Notes: generated from the sequence alone by a model not told the origin. A stretch of 64,000 nucleotides of DNA from Desulfobacterales bacterium (GCA_963668645.2 CAXXWC010000010.1:1-64000), one strand, 5' to 3'. Positions 1-10,930 are shown, counted from the stretch's first letter. A program made the numbers and translations.

Positions 1-860
1 GGGTTCACGTGATGACCGATGCGGCCGGATCACTGCCAGCCGATGCGGCCCGGGCTCTGGGGGTCACCCTGCTGGACAGCTACATCGTCACGGATCAGGG
101 CGCCCGGCCAGAAACCCTGACGGAGCCCGATCAGATTTACGCCGCCCTGAATCGCGGCGAACGCGTTTCCACGGCCCAGGCTTCGCGCTTCGAACGCCAT
201 GAGCGCTACGCCAGCGTGATGAGTCGTTTCGGCTGCGTTCTATATCTTTGCGTCGGTTCGGTTTTCACCGGCAACCATGCCGCGGCCCTGGACTGGTGCC
301 GGGACCACGATGCCGAAAACCGCATGACGGTGATCGACTCGGAAGCCGCCTCGGGGCGGCTGGGCCTCATGGCGGTGGCCCTGGCCCGGCATGCAACCCG
401 GGGATTCGGGGTTGAGGCCATGTGCCGTTATGCCAAAAGTCTGATCCAGAGCTGTGACGAACTGGTCTTTCTCGACACCCTCAAGTTCCTCGCCGCCGGG
501 GGGCGAATTTCGAAAACCAGCGGATTCTTTGGAGATCTGTTGAGCCTGCGGCCGGTAATAAGCCCCACGGCCAGCGGGGCGTGCAGGGTCGGGGTGGTAC
601 GCCGCCGCCGGGACCAACTCCCCTTTGCCCTGGATCGTATGGGGCCGGTCCTGGACGATGACCAGCGGTGCCTGATCCTGCTCCAGCACACCGACAACCG
701 CCGGCGGGTGGAAGAAGAAATCCGTCCGGCCATGGCGGCGCGCTTCCCGGCGGCCGAAATCCTGGTAAACCCCATTTCGCTGACTTCGGGGGTGCATATG
801 GGACCGGAAACCTGGGCGGTGGCCTTCTTGCCTCTTCCAGAGCCGGAGGACGGGCTGTGA
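1..860 (+). CDS. DegV/FakB-family fatty-acid-binding domain protein (5' truncated by window edge)
   Basis: TDAAGSL, VSTAQAS, IDSEAASGRLG, L-KFLAAGGRI and SGVHMGP motifs typical of DegV; frame open from window start. Confidence 0.85.
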   Translation, partial: VHVMTDAAGSLPADAARALGVTLLDSYIVTDQGARPETLTEPDQIYAALNRGERVSTAQASRFERHERYASVMSRFGCVLYLCVGSVFTGNHAAALDWCRDHDAENRMTVIDSEAASGRLGLMAVALARHATRGFGVEAMCRYAKSLIQSCDELVFLDTLKFLAAGGRISKTSGFFGDLLSLRPVISPTASGACRVGVVRRRRDQLPFALDRMGPVLDDDQRCLILLQHTDNRRRVEEEIRPAMAARFPAAEILVNPISLTSGVHMGPETWAVAFLPLPEPEDGL

Positions 861-1591
861 CCGCCGTTGCCCCGGCCCGCCCCTCCTTTGCCTGGGTGGT
901 TCCCGTCTACAACCACGGGGACCGGGTAGAGGCCGTGATCCGGGAGATTTCGTCCCTGGGAGGCACCATCATCGTGGTCGATGACGGTTCCACCGACCAA
1001 ACCCGTGATGTCTTGCGCCGCATCCCGGAGATTCGCCTGCTGCGCCACACCGTCAATCGAGGCAAGGGGGCGGCCCTGATCACCGGGATGCGGACCGCAG
1101 CCGAGACGGCCCGCTGGGCCGTCACCGTCGATGCCGACGGCCAGCACCGGCCCGGGGACGCTTTCCGGTTGATGGCCGCCATTGCTCCCGGAAAGCGGCC
1201 CATCGTGGTGGGCCAGCGCTGCGGCATGGGGTGCGCGCCGTGGACCAGCCGCTTCGGGCGCGGTTTTTCCAACTTCTGGGTCCGCCGCGCCGGGGGACCG
1301 GCCCTTGCCGATACCCAGAGCGGCCTGCGGGCCTATCCCCTGCCCGAAACCCTGGCCCTGCCGGTCAAGGCCCGGCGCTACCAGTACGAAATCGAAGTCC
1401 TGGTCAAGGCTTGCTGGCAGGGGATCGACATCATCGAAGTCCCCGTGGGGGTCCTTTACCAGGAAGGCCGCAGCCGGATCTCGCATTTTCGCCCCTTTGC
1501 CGATTTTGTCCGCAACACGGGCGTTTTCTCCCGCCTGATCACCCGCCGGGTCTTCACCCCGCGACTCTGGCGGCCAGCAGGACCGCTATGA
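857..1591 (+). CDS. Glycosyltransferase family 2 (DPM1-like)
   Basis: VVPVYN, VVDDGSTD, NRGKGAA, DADGQH, DTQSG; GTG start at 857 overlaps the upstream TGA. Confidence 0.9.
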   Translation: MTAVAPARPSFAWVVPVYNHGDRVEAVIREISSLGGTIIVVDDGSTDQTRDVLRRIPEIRLLRHTVNRGKGAALITGMRTAAETARWAVTVDADGQHRPGDAFRLMAAIAPGKRPIVVGQRCGMGCAPWTSRFGRGFSNFWVRRAGGPALADTQSGLRAYPLPETLALPVKARRYQYEIEVLVKACWQGIDIIEVPVGVLYQEGRSRISHFRPFADFVRNTGVFSRLITRRVFTPRLWRPAGPL

Positions 1592-2499
1592 AAACCCTCT
1601 TCTACCGTTTTTTGACCGCCCTGGCGCGCCGCTTCGGCCTGGCGCCGGTGCGGTTGCTGGCCCGCGGGGTAGCGGCAGGCTATTTTTTTCTGTTTCCCGC
1701 CCGTGTGGCCGTGGCACGGCGTTTTTATCAGGATCTGTTTCCGCACCGCGGCCCCTTGTTCGCCCTATACTGCACCTGGCGCCAGTATCTGGATTTCTCA
1801 GACCGTTTCGTTGACCGGCTACGGCTCCAAGGCCTGGGGCCGCTCACCTACCGCTTCGAGGGCCTGGAACGCCTGACCGAGGCACTGGCTGCAGGCCGGG
1901 GAGCCGTCCTGCTCATGAGTCATCTGGGCGACTGGGAAGTGGCCGCCCGGCTGCTCAAGCAGGACCTGCCCGGCTTGGAGTTGATGCTCTATATGGGAGC
2001 ACGCCCCGGAGAGCAGATCGAGGGGATGCAAAAAGACGCGCTGGATCGAAGCGGAATCCGCATCGTCGGAGTTGCGCCTCGTGACGGGGCACCCCTGGAG
2101 ATCGTCAAAGCTCTTGGTTTTTTACGTGGCGGCGGATTTGTCTCCATGGCTGCAGATCTGGTCTGGCATGCGGCCCAGCCCACCGTCGCGGTTCTGTTTC
2201 TCGGCCGTCGAATAAAACTGCCCCGCACCCCCTATCACCTGGCCTTGGTTTCCGGCGCGCCCCTTTTCGTCTTCTTTGCCCTGCGCGAGGCCCCGGGCCG
2301 TTTTGTCTTTCAGGCCCGAAAGATCCCCTTGGCGCCAAAAGATGCACCGGCCGGGCGCGATGCCGCCGCAGGCCGGGCGGCCCAGGCCTACGCCGATCTT
2401 CTGGCCGAGACGGTGGGGCGCTATCCCTTCCAGTGGCACCATTTTGCCCCCCTGCCCCAAGACGGGCCGGACTCCGCCGCGGCATCAGCGCCGGGTTGA
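1588..2499 (+). CDS. LpxL/HtrB-like lysophospholipid acyltransferase
   Basis: GAVLLMSHLGDWE (HxxxWE) and RYPFQWHHF; ATGA overlap with GT2. Confidence 0.85.
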   Translation: MKTLFYRFLTALARRFGLAPVRLLARGVAAGYFFLFPARVAVARRFYQDLFPHRGPLFALYCTWRQYLDFSDRFVDRLRLQGLGPLTYRFEGLERLTEALAAGRGAVLLMSHLGDWEVAARLLKQDLPGLELMLYMGARPGEQIEGMQKDALDRSGIRIVGVAPRDGAPLEIVKALGFLRGGGFVSMAADLVWHAAQPTVAVLFLGRRIKLPRTPYHLALVSGAPLFVFFALREAPGRFVFQARKIPLAPKDAPAGRDAAAGRAAQAYADLLAETVGRYPFQWHHFAPLPQDGPDSAAASAPG

Positions 2500-2564
2500 A
2501 CCGATCTTTAGATTGGCTTTCCCGACTTTCATTTTTTTCTGATCGCAATTCAACTAAAAATCTC

Positions 2565-2620
2565 TTGACAGTTACTGCCGGCCTTTTTATATACAACCAA
2601 TATAAATAGAGTATATATAA
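2565..2620 (+). promoter_or_regulatory. sigma70-like promoter and AT-rich candidate PadR operator
   Basis: TTGACA (2565-2570), 17 bp, TATATA (2588-2593), then TATA-rich repeats before the padR start. Confidence 0.55.
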
Positions 2621-2631
2621 GGGGGGGGACG

Positions 2632-3198
2632 ATGGGCCTACGCTATTCCATCCTGGGCCTGCTGCACTACCGGCCGATGCACGGTTACCGCATCAAAGAA
2701 CACATCGAACGTAATTTCGGTCATATGTGGTCGATCAACTACGGCCAGATCTATCCCAACCTAAAAAAGATGCACGACGAGGGACTCGTCAGCATGACCG
2801 GGGAGGTCTGCCAGGGGGAGAAGGGGCCGCCGCGCAAGCTTTACTCAATCACGCCCAAGGGGCGCGACGCCTTCCAGGATTGGCTGGGCTCGAAGCCGGA
2901 AGGCGGGATCGTGCTGCGCGATCCGTTTTTGATGCGTTTTGTTTTTTTCGGTTTCGGCGAGAAACAAAAATCCATGGAGATCATCGACAAGCAGTTGGAA
3001 GCCTGGGAGCGTCAGTTGGCCAAGCGGTATGCCAACCTGGCACGCTGGGAGCGGTCCGGGCTCTACGTCCGCCTGATGGCCGATCTCGGTGTGCGCATGA
3101 ACGAGGTCTTCTTGGAATGGCTCACCCAGGCCAGAGCCGAAATCGAATCCGAGGATTCGGTCGAGCCGGCGCTGGCCAGCGGGAAAATCTCCGAATAA
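2632..3198 (+). CDS. PadR-family transcriptional regulator
   Basis: ILGLL..PMHGY, WSINYGQIYPNLKK, RKLYSITPKG. Confidence 0.93.
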   Translation: MGLRYSILGLLHYRPMHGYRIKEHIERNFGHMWSINYGQIYPNLKKMHDEGLVSMTGEVCQGEKGPPRKLYSITPKGRDAFQDWLGSKPEGGIVLRDPFLMRFVFFGFGEKQKSMEIIDKQLEAWERQLAKRYANLARWERSGLYVRLMADLGVRMNEVFLEWLTQARAEIESEDSVEPALASGKISE

Positions 3199-3276
3199 AA
3201 GATTTCGGGAAACGGTGGCGCCTGCTTGCGACGGTCCTCGACGCATGGGATCCGATGCGCACTAGAGGGGGAAGCG

Positions 3277-4245
3277 ATGGACTTTCAAGGGATTACCCTG
3301 GTCACCGGGGCGGCCGGATTCATGGGCAGCCATGTGGTGGAACATCTCGTGGCGGCCGGAGTCCGGGTGCGCGCCACGGCCCGGCCGCGAAAGGACGCCT
3401 CCTTTTTCCAGAACTTGGAGGTGCAGTTCGTACCCGCCGACCTGACCCGGCCAGAAACCCTGCCGCCGCTTTTTTCCGGCCCGGTCGACCGGGTGATCCA
3501 CCTCGGGGCGATCTGCAATTTTTCCACCCCCTATGAACGGTTGAGGCCCACCAATGTCGACGGGGTGGGCCGCCTGGCCGGCCTGGCGCGGGCCGCGGGG
3601 GTCAAATGCTTCGTCCACGTGACATCCACCAGCGTCTATGGCGCCTACACCGGAACCCCGTTTACCGAAGACAGCCCGCGCCGGCCCAAGGACGACTACG
3701 GCCGCAGCAAGCGCGACGGCGAGGACCGGCTTTTTGAAGAAATGGCCCGGGGCCTGCCGGCGGTGGTGCTGCGGCCGTGCACGGTCTACGGACCGCGCTG
3801 CAACGACGGGGCCGGTAAGGCCTTCTCGCGGCCTGCGGCCATGGCGGCCATTCCCGGCAGCGGCCGCCAGCGTCTTTCCAACATTCGGGCCGAGGACGTT
3901 GCCGCCGCCGCTGTTTACCTATCCGGTCTGGATGCGGCCCTCGGGCAGATCTACAACCTGGCCGACGACAGTCATCCGACGCTTGAAGAAGCGCTTGTCC
4001 TGGCGGCCCGGACCTTCGGCACCCGGCCCCCGACCCTGCACCTGCCCCTTGCCCTGGTCAAGGCGATGGCGCGCCTGGACGGATGGTTCTCCCGGCGCCG
4101 AGGCCGGATTCCCGATCTGGAGTACGACGCGGCGGCGTATTTGAACTCCGACTATATCGTGGACAACCGCAAGCTGAAAAAAACGGGGTTTGTCTTGAAT
4201 TTTCCGGATTTCGCCGCTTCCGTCGAACAACTGGGGCAAGCTTAG
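3277..4245 (+). CDS. NAD-dependent epimerase/dehydratase (extended SDR)
   Basis: TGAAGFMG, YGRSK, LRPCTVYGP. Confidence 0.9.
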   Translation: MDFQGITLVTGAAGFMGSHVVEHLVAAGVRVRATARPRKDASFFQNLEVQFVPADLTRPETLPPLFSGPVDRVIHLGAICNFSTPYERLRPTNVDGVGRLAGLARAAGVKCFVHVTSTSVYGAYTGTPFTEDSPRRPKDDYGRSKRDGEDRLFEEMARGLPAVVLRPCTVYGPRCNDGAGKAFSRPAAMAAIPGSGRQRLSNIRAEDVAAAAVYLSGLDAALGQIYNLADDSHPTLEEALVLAARTFGTRPPTLHLPLALVKAMARLDGWFSRRRGRIPDLEYDAAAYLNSDYIVDNRKLKKTGFVLNFPDFAASVEQLGQA

Positions 4246-4321
4246 CGGGGCGCCGCACGCCAAGCTTCCGGGCGCCTTGGCCAAGCAGATCAGAACCCTC
4301 TTACCATTTAAGGAGCAGCCG

Positions 4322-5152
4322 ATGAACCAAGTCGTGGTGATCACGGGCCTGGCCCAGGGAATGGGGCGCGAGGTGGCCTTGCGCCTGGCCGCCGCCGGCG
4401 ACGCGGTGGCCGGTTTCGACATGGACGGCGCCGGCATCGCCGATTTGCAGCAGGAGTTCGACCGGATGGGGGCCGCCCACCTGCTCATGCCCCTGGACAT
4501 CTCCGACCGTCCGGCAATCGCCGCCTTTCGCGACCGGGTCCTGGAACGCTTCGGCCGCGTGGATACCGTCCTTTCCAACGTGGGCATCGGCTTTTTCGGC
4601 CCCTTCGAGGAAGTGGACCTGGAAAAGGCCCTCAAATGCCTGGAGATCAACGTCATCGGCACCGCGGCCATCTTCCAGGCCTTCATCCCGGCCATGCGCC
4701 GGCAGCAAAGCGGAAAGCTGATCGCCATGAGTTCCCTGGTGGGCCAGGTCCCCTTTCCCTTCGAGTCGATCTACACGGCGAGCAAGTTCGCCGTCGAAGG
4801 CTTGGTCGAATCGATCCGCTACGAGATCGAACCCTTCGGCCTCAAGGTCGCCATCATCCAGCCGGCCCAGGTATCCACCACATTCGCCGCCAAGATCCAC
4901 CACCTGCCCCCCGAAGGCTCACCCTACCGACAGCGGGCCAAACGCTTCATCGATCGGGACAACGAACTGATCAAGAAGGCCACCACCCCGGCCCGGGCCG
5001 CCGAGCGAATCCTGCGCGTGGTGCGCAGCGCCTCTCCGCCGCTGCGCAGCCAGGTGGACGCCATGAGCACCTTTTTCCTCTTTCTCAATTGGCTGCTGCC
5101 CAAACCGATCCGCGATGCCATCCTGGTCAACCACATGGACATCAAGGTGTGA
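4322..5152 (+). CDS. Short-chain dehydrogenase/reductase
   Basis: TGLAQGMG, NVGIG, YTASK; AGGAG RBS. Confidence 0.92.
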   Translation: MNQVVVITGLAQGMGREVALRLAAAGDAVAGFDMDGAGIADLQQEFDRMGAAHLLMPLDISDRPAIAAFRDRVLERFGRVDTVLSNVGIGFFGPFEEVDLEKALKCLEINVIGTAAIFQAFIPAMRRQQSGKLIAMSSLVGQVPFPFESIYTASKFAVEGLVESIRYEIEPFGLKVAIIQPAQVSTTFAAKIHHLPPEGSPYRQRAKRFIDRDNELIKKATTPARAAERILRVVRSASPPLRSQVDAMSTFFLFLNWLLPKPIRDAILVNHMDIKV

Positions 5153-5174
5153 CCCCGGAGCCAAGGAGGAGACC

Positions 5175-7556
5175 ATGCCCGCCGAACTTGCCACCGTCAA
5201 CGATATCGCCGGCACCCGGGTCGAGCGGCTCCGGCAACGGATCATCGCCGCCCCCCAGCAGATCTGCATCGAGCGGGCCCGCCACTTCACCCGGGCCATG
5301 GCGGCCCACTGGGAAAAAGATCCCCTCACGCGCATGAGCCTGGCCCTGGAAGCGGTCCTGGAAAACATCAGCGTGATCATCCGCGATGACGAGATCGTCG
5401 TCGGCTGCCGCACGAGCAAGCTCAAGGGTGCGCCCCTGTTCCCGGAAAACAAGATCCGCTGGATCGAGGGCGACGTGGAAAACTTCGACCTGCGCCTGGT
5501 GCAGCGGGCACTGATCGAGGAGGCCGAAAAAAAGGAGGTCGTAGAAGAAATCGCGCCCTTCTGGCGCCAAAAGACCGTCGAGGAGGCCTTCGAGGCCATC
5601 CTGCCCGCGGATCTGGCCGAGGACGTGGACAAGTACATCTTTACCTTCATGCTCGAAATCACCTACGGAATCGGCCATTTCACCATGAACCACGCACGGA
5701 TCCTGGCCGGCGGCATGGCCGGGGTGATCCGCACGGCCCAAGACCACCTGGACCGTCTCTCGCCCACCGACCAGGCCGGCAATGCGGGGCGCTTCTACCG
5801 GGCCGCAATCCGTTCGGCACGCGCGGCGGTCACCTTTGCCCGGCGTTACGCCGCCCGGGCCGAAGAGATGGCCGCCGCCGAGACCGACCCGCGGCGGGCC
5901 GCCGAACTGCGCCGGATCGCCGAGGTCTGCCGGCGCGTGCCGGAACACCCGGCGCAAACCTTTCATGAGGCGGTCCAGTGCGTCTACTTCGTGCACCTGA
6001 TCGCCCAGATCGAATCCGGCGGCAACTCGATTTCCCTGGGACGCATCGACCAGTACTTGTGGCCCTACTACCAGGACGACCAGGCGGCGGGCCGCACCGA
6101 TCCCGACCGGGCCGGCGAGCTGCTGGCCCTGCTGTTTTTAAAGACCAACGAGATCTGGAACGTGTTGGAGGAGGCCTACGTCCCCGGGGGAGAAGGCCCC
6201 GAGGGAAAAACCACCCAGAACGTGACCGTGGGCGGGATGGGCCGCGACGGACGCAACGCCGCCAACGCCCTGAGCCACATCGCCTTAAACGCCTATGCGT
6301 CCATCCGCACGGTCCAGCCCAACTTCGGGGTGCGCATCGGCGGCGACGGCGACGACCCTCTCTTTCGCCGGGCCGTAGGCTACGCCCGCGACGGGGTGCT
6401 GCTGCATTTTTTCAACGACCCGGTCATCGTCGCCTCCCTGGTGGCGGCAGGCCACAGCCAGGCCGACGCCCGCGACTACGGCGTGGTGGGGTGCCTGGAG
6501 CCCAACGCCCAGGGCCGCAGCTTCGGCTCGACCTTCGCGGCCCAGTTCAACGGGCTCAAGTGCCTCGAATTCGCCCTGTCCAACGGGGTGGACAACATCT
6601 TCGGCTACCTGTCGGGCCTGGAAACCGGCGATCCGATCGAATTCGCCGATTTCGAGGACCTCTGGCGGGCCTACGACACCCAGGTCTCCCATTTCGTCGG
6701 CCAACTGGTGCGCGGCATGGAATGCCTGGACCGGGCCATCGCCGAGCGGCTCCCCTCGCCCTTTGCCTCGGCCATGATCGACGGGCCCCTGGAAAAGGGG
6801 CTCGATCTGACCCGCGGCGGGGCGGTGTACAACTCCACCGGGGTCCAGCTCATCGGCTTTTCCAACATCGCCGACAGCCTCTTTGCCATCGACCAGGCCG
6901 TTTTCAAGGACAAGCGCTTTGCCATCGGCGAACTGGCCGGGTGGCTGGCCGACGACTGGACCGACGCCGAGGACAAGCGGCGCTACCTGTCGGGCAAAGT
7001 CGACAAGTACGGCAACGACCAGGACGCCGTGGACGCCATGGCCGCCCGGGTCTTTGCGCATTTCTGCGACGCGCTGGCCCCCCACCGCAACTTTCGCGGG
7101 GGCCGCTTCTGGCCCGGGGTCTTCTCGGTGGGTTTTCACATCAGCATGGGGGCTTTCAGCGGAGCCTCGGCCGACGGCCGTTTTGCCGGAGATGCGCTGG
7201 GAAACGGGATCACCCCGAGCAACGGGGCCGCCACGCGCGGGCCCACGGCCCTGATGAACTCGGTTTCCAAGCTTCCCCTGGGCCGGGCCGCCAACGGGTT
7301 GAACCTGAACATGCGCTTTGGCGGCAGCCGCATCCGCGATCAAAACCTGCTCGACCTGATCCGGGGTTACTTTCAGCGCGGCGGGGTCCAGGTCCAGTTC
7401 AACATGGTCGACAGCGAGACCCTGCGTGAGGCCCAAACCGACCCGGACGCTTACCGGGACCTGGTGGTGCGCGTCAGCGGCTATTCGGCGGTTTTTGTCA
7501 ACCTGAGCGATATCGCCCAGGAGGAAATCATCAGCCGCATCGAGTACGACCTTTGA
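5175..7556 (+). CDS. Glycyl radical enzyme, eliminase/PFL2-like, substrate unknown
   Basis: Cys loop VGCLEP, Gly loop VRVSGYS, SLGRIDQYLWPYY; AGGAGG RBS. Confidence 0.93.
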   Translation: MPAELATVNDIAGTRVERLRQRIIAAPQQICIERARHFTRAMAAHWEKDPLTRMSLALEAVLENISVIIRDDEIVVGCRTSKLKGAPLFPENKIRWIEGDVENFDLRLVQRALIEEAEKKEVVEEIAPFWRQKTVEEAFEAILPADLAEDVDKYIFTFMLEITYGIGHFTMNHARILAGGMAGVIRTAQDHLDRLSPTDQAGNAGRFYRAAIRSARAAVTFARRYAARAEEMAAAETDPRRAAELRRIAEVCRRVPEHPAQTFHEAVQCVYFVHLIAQIESGGNSISLGRIDQYLWPYYQDDQAAGRTDPDRAGELLALLFLKTNEIWNVLEEAYVPGGEGPEGKTTQNVTVGGMGRDGRNAANALSHIALNAYASIRTVQPNFGVRIGGDGDDPLFRRAVGYARDGVLLHFFNDPVIVASLVAAGHSQADARDYGVVGCLEPNAQGRSFGSTFAAQFNGLKCLEFALSNGVDNIFGYLSGLETGDPIEFADFEDLWRAYDTQVSHFVGQLVRGMECLDRAIAERLPSPFASAMIDGPLEKGLDLTRGGAVYNSTGVQLIGFSNIADSLFAIDQAVFKDKRFAIGELAGWLADDWTDAEDKRRYLSGKVDKYGNDQDAVDAMAARVFAHFCDALAPHRNFRGGRFWPGVFSVGFHISMGAFSGASADGRFAGDALGNGITPSNGAATRGPTALMNSVSKLPLGRAANGLNLNMRFGGSRIRDQNLLDLIRGYFQRGGVQVQFNMVDSETLREAQTDPDAYRDLVVRVSGYSAVFVNLSDIAQEEIISRIEYDL

Positions 7557-7668
7557 TCAGTACCAAAAAGCCAACCGCCCCCAGACCGTATGTCGCGCCC
7601 GCAGGGTGCGTTGAGCGCGGCGAAGCGCACCGCCTTAAAAGGATCAACTTGATCGGGAGGAGATTGCA

Positions 7669-8604
7669 ATGAGCAAGGTTGTCAGCATGAAGGAGGCGGT
7701 CTCACGGCATGTTTGCGACGGCGCCTTTGTCTTTCTGGGCGGCTATGTCTGCCGGCCGCCGTCGGCCGCCATTCACGAGATCATTCGCCAGGGGATCAAG
7801 GACCTGACCGTGACGCGCTCCAATGCGGCCGACGATTTCGACATGCTCATCGGGGTCGGGGCGGTGCGCCGTTTCATCGCCACCTTCCTGTCCCTCGGGC
7901 TCTACGGGCTGGGCCGCTGCTATCGCCGGTCCCTGGAAAAGGGCATTCCCCACAAGATCGAGGTCGAGGAGTACACCAACCTCTCACTGCCCATGATGCT
8001 GCTGGCCGGCGCCATGGGGATGCCCTTCGTGCCGACGTCCGACCTGGCCGGCTCCGACCTGCTCAAGGTTCGTTCCTTCATGGGTGAAAACAAGTACCGC
8101 CAGATCGAGTCGCCCTTCGACGGCCGGCCCACCATCCTGGTGCCAGCCCTGACGCCGGACGTGGGCATCATCCACGTGCAGCAGGCCGACGAGGATGGCA
8201 ACGCCCAGATCTGGGGCATCGGCGGAGACTGCCAGGTGGGGGCCATGGCCTCCAAGAAGGTCATCGTGACCTGCGAACGTCTGGTGAGCCGCGAGACCAT
8301 CGGCAAGGACCCGTCGCGGACCATCGTACCGGCATTCAAGGTGGCGGCCGTGGTCGAGGAGCCCTTCGGCGCCCATCCGGGCTACACCCCGGGTTTTTAC
8401 GACGTGGATTTCGGCGTCGGCTATCTCTACCAGCAGGCCTCCAACACGGTCGAAGGGTTCGAGGCCTTTGTCAAGGAGTGGGTCCTGGACCTGCCGGACC
8501 GCACGGCCTACATCCAGCACTACATCCAACGCTTCGGCTACGCGGGATTCAAGAAGCTCCAGGCCAAGTTCGATTACGGCTACCCGGTGAGCTACGCGTA
8601 CTGA
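7669..8604 (+). CDS. CoA-transferase subunit A (glutaconate CoA-transferase-like)
   Basis: HEIIRQG, AGAMGMPF, IHVQQADEDGNAQ, EPFGAHP. Confidence 0.88.
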   Translation: MSKVVSMKEAVSRHVCDGAFVFLGGYVCRPPSAAIHEIIRQGIKDLTVTRSNAADDFDMLIGVGAVRRFIATFLSLGLYGLGRCYRRSLEKGIPHKIEVEEYTNLSLPMMLLAGAMGMPFVPTSDLAGSDLLKVRSFMGENKYRQIESPFDGRPTILVPALTPDVGIIHVQQADEDGNAQIWGIGGDCQVGAMASKKVIVTCERLVSRETIGKDPSRTIVPAFKVAAVVEEPFGAHPGYTPGFYDVDFGVGYLYQQASNTVEGFEAFVKEWVLDLPDRTAYIQHYIQRFGYAGFKKLQAKFDYGYPVSYAY

Positions 8605-8714
8605 CGTGCTTCACCTCACAGATCGCAGAGGGCACGGAGAAAGAATCGGCATCGTTGCCGCTGTGGTTTCTGCGCGTGCGCTGATGCATCCAAACGCCCA
8701 GAGGAGATCGGACA

Positions 8715-9512
8715 ATGAGCGACGCCAAGGACTACATCAAACCGGAACTGATGGCCTGCTGCGGGGCCCGGGAGATCCGCGACCACGATGTGGTGATCGT
8801 CGGCACCGGGTTTCCCGCCATGGCGGCCAATATCGCCAAGTACACCCACGCTCCCCAGGCCACCATGGTCCAGGAATCCGGGGTGATCGACGCCCGGCCC
8901 CTGCGCCCGGCCCTGTCGGTGGGCGATCCGTGCCTCAACCCCGGTGCGGCCATGATCGGCGGACTGGTAGAGGTGATGGGGATGCTGCTCCAAGCCGGCA
9001 ATGTCGACGTGGGTTTTCTCTCCGGCAGTCAGGTGGACAAGTTCGGCAACATCAACACCACCTGCATCGGCCCCTACACGGCGCCCAAGAGCCGGCTGCC
9101 GGGAAGCGGGGGGGCCAACCCCATCGGATCGCTGGCCCGCCGGACCTTGATCATCGCCCTGCACGACCGGCGGCGGCTGGCCGAAAAAGTCGATTTCATC
9201 ACCACCCCGGGCTATATCGACGGGCCCGGGGCCAGGGAGAAATGCGGGTTGCCGGCGGGCACCGGTCCGTCGGTGATCATTACCAACAAGGCCGTGATGC
9301 GCTTTGACCCGGATACCTGCGAGGCGTACCTGGCCACCTATCATCCGGACTGCACCGTCGAGGAGATCCGCGCCAGCACCCCCTGGGACCTGAAGGTCGG
9401 CAAGGACGTCGCACCCACCGAGCCGCCAAGCGAAGAAGAACTGCGTGTCTTGCACGAGGTCCTCGATCCCCACCGCATGATCCGCATCTACGAGCAGCGC
9501 GGCTATGTCTGA
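8715..9512 (+). CDS. CoA-transferase subunit B
   Basis: VGTGFP, QESG, QVDKFGNINTT, RLPGSGGA, VDFITTPG. Confidence 0.88.
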   Translation: MSDAKDYIKPELMACCGAREIRDHDVVIVGTGFPAMAANIAKYTHAPQATMVQESGVIDARPLRPALSVGDPCLNPGAAMIGGLVEVMGMLLQAGNVDVGFLSGSQVDKFGNINTTCIGPYTAPKSRLPGSGGANPIGSLARRTLIIALHDRRRLAEKVDFITTPGYIDGPGAREKCGLPAGTGPSVIITNKAVMRFDPDTCEAYLATYHPDCTVEEIRASTPWDLKVGKDVAPTEPPSEEELRVLHEVLDPHRMIRIYEQRGYV

Positions 9513-9548
9513 CCAGGGCCGCACGGCTTGCCAAAAGGAGGTCACACC

Positions 9549-10916
9549 ATGGAATACACCCGGGAGCTGGCGAAATTCTGCACCGCCGTCTCTTTGAAGT
9601 CCCTGCCGGACGAAGTGGTCCACAAGGCCAAGCTGTGCATCCTGGACTACGTGGCCAATGTCTACGGATCCCTGGCCCTGAAAACCGTTCGCGACCTGGC
9701 GGGTCATATCCGCGGCCTGGGAGGCCCGGCGAGGGTCGCGGCCCTGGGCTGCGGGTTCAAGACCGATCCGCACCACGCAGCCTTTGTCAACGGGGTGACC
9801 GCCGAGGCCATCGAAGCCCAGGACGGGTTGCGCTTCGGCGGCAACCATCCGGGGGCGGCGGTGATTCCGGCGGCCCTGGCCGTGGCCGAGGACCGGGGCG
9901 CCGGCGGTGCCGCGGTGCTTGAGGCCGTGGTGGCCGGCTACGAGGCGGCCGACCGCCCGGCGGCCGCCATGCACCCCTGGCACACCCTGGGCGGTTTTCT
10001 GCCCACCGGCACCTGCGGCACCTTCGGGGCCGCCGCGGCCGCCGCGCGCCTCATGGGCCTGAACCAGGAGCAGCTCCTCGCGGCCCTAGGCAACGCCGGT
10101 TATCTGCTTCCCCTGTCCATGGCCGAACAGCTCATGGGCGGGTTCACCATCAAGATCGTCCAGGGAGGCCAGGCCGCCAGCGCGGGGATCATGGCTGCTG
10201 GTTTGGCATCCGTCGGGGTCACCGGAGCGCCGTACGTGCTCGAGGGATCGGCTTTGAACGGCGGATTCGCCAAGATCACCTCGGCCTCGGCACCCAATTA
10301 CGACCGGATCACCGACGGCCTGGGTGAACATTTTTCCATCATGGACATCTATTTCAAGCCGTTTACCGCCTGCCGCCACACCCATGGGGCGGCCCAGGCG
10401 GCCCTGGAGCTGGCCGGCGCACAAACGATCCGACCCGCGGACATCGCGGCGGTCACGGTGCACACCTATGGGATCGCCGAACTGGCGGTGGGAAAAGGCC
10501 TCGGCGAAAATCCGACCTTCGTGTCGGCCCAGTTTTCACTTCCCTACGTGGTGGCCGTCTGCCTCACCGACGGCCGGCTCGGACCCGAACAGCTCACCGA
10601 GGGGCGCATCCAGGACGCCGACCTGGTCCACCTGAGCCGCAAGGTGACGGTCAAGACCGACGAGGACCTGAACAAACTTTATCCTGAAAAAACCGCCAGC
10701 CGGGTGGAGATCCGCCTGGCCGACGGATCGCTGCGCAGCCGCCAGGTCGACATTCCCAAGGGAGACCCCCGCGACCCGATGGAAGCGGCAGACCTGGAGC
10801 AAAAACTGCGCCGTTTTGCCGCCGGCCGGGACCCGGAGAGGCTGTCCCGAATCGTCGAAACGATACTCAGCCTGGAACATGTCAAAGACATTCACGATCT
10901 GACCGACCTGATTTGA
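9549..10916 (+). CDS. MmgE/PrpD-family protein
   Basis: AAFVNG, HPGAAVIPAALA, KPFTACRHTH, AQFSLPY, PKGDP. Confidence 0.9.
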   Translation: MEYTRELAKFCTAVSLKSLPDEVVHKAKLCILDYVANVYGSLALKTVRDLAGHIRGLGGPARVAALGCGFKTDPHHAAFVNGVTAEAIEAQDGLRFGGNHPGAAVIPAALAVAEDRGAGGAAVLEAVVAGYEAADRPAAAMHPWHTLGGFLPTGTCGTFGAAAAAARLMGLNQEQLLAALGNAGYLLPLSMAEQLMGGFTIKIVQGGQAASAGIMAAGLASVGVTGAPYVLEGSALNGGFAKITSASAPNYDRITDGLGEHFSIMDIYFKPFTACRHTHGAAQAALELAGAQTIRPADIAAVTVHTYGIAELAVGKGLGENPTFVSAQFSLPYVVAVCLTDGRLGPEQLTEGRIQDADLVHLSRKVTVKTDEDLNKLYPEKTASRVEIRLADGSLRSRQVDIPKGDPRDPMEAADLEQKLRRFAAGRDPERLSRIVETILSLEHVKDIHDLTDLI

Positions 10917-10930
10917 CCGGAGGAGACTTT

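Noticed and set aside
5175..7556. Pyruvate formate-lyase (pflB)
   Set aside because: Lacks the adjacent Cys-Cys pair; has GCLEP.
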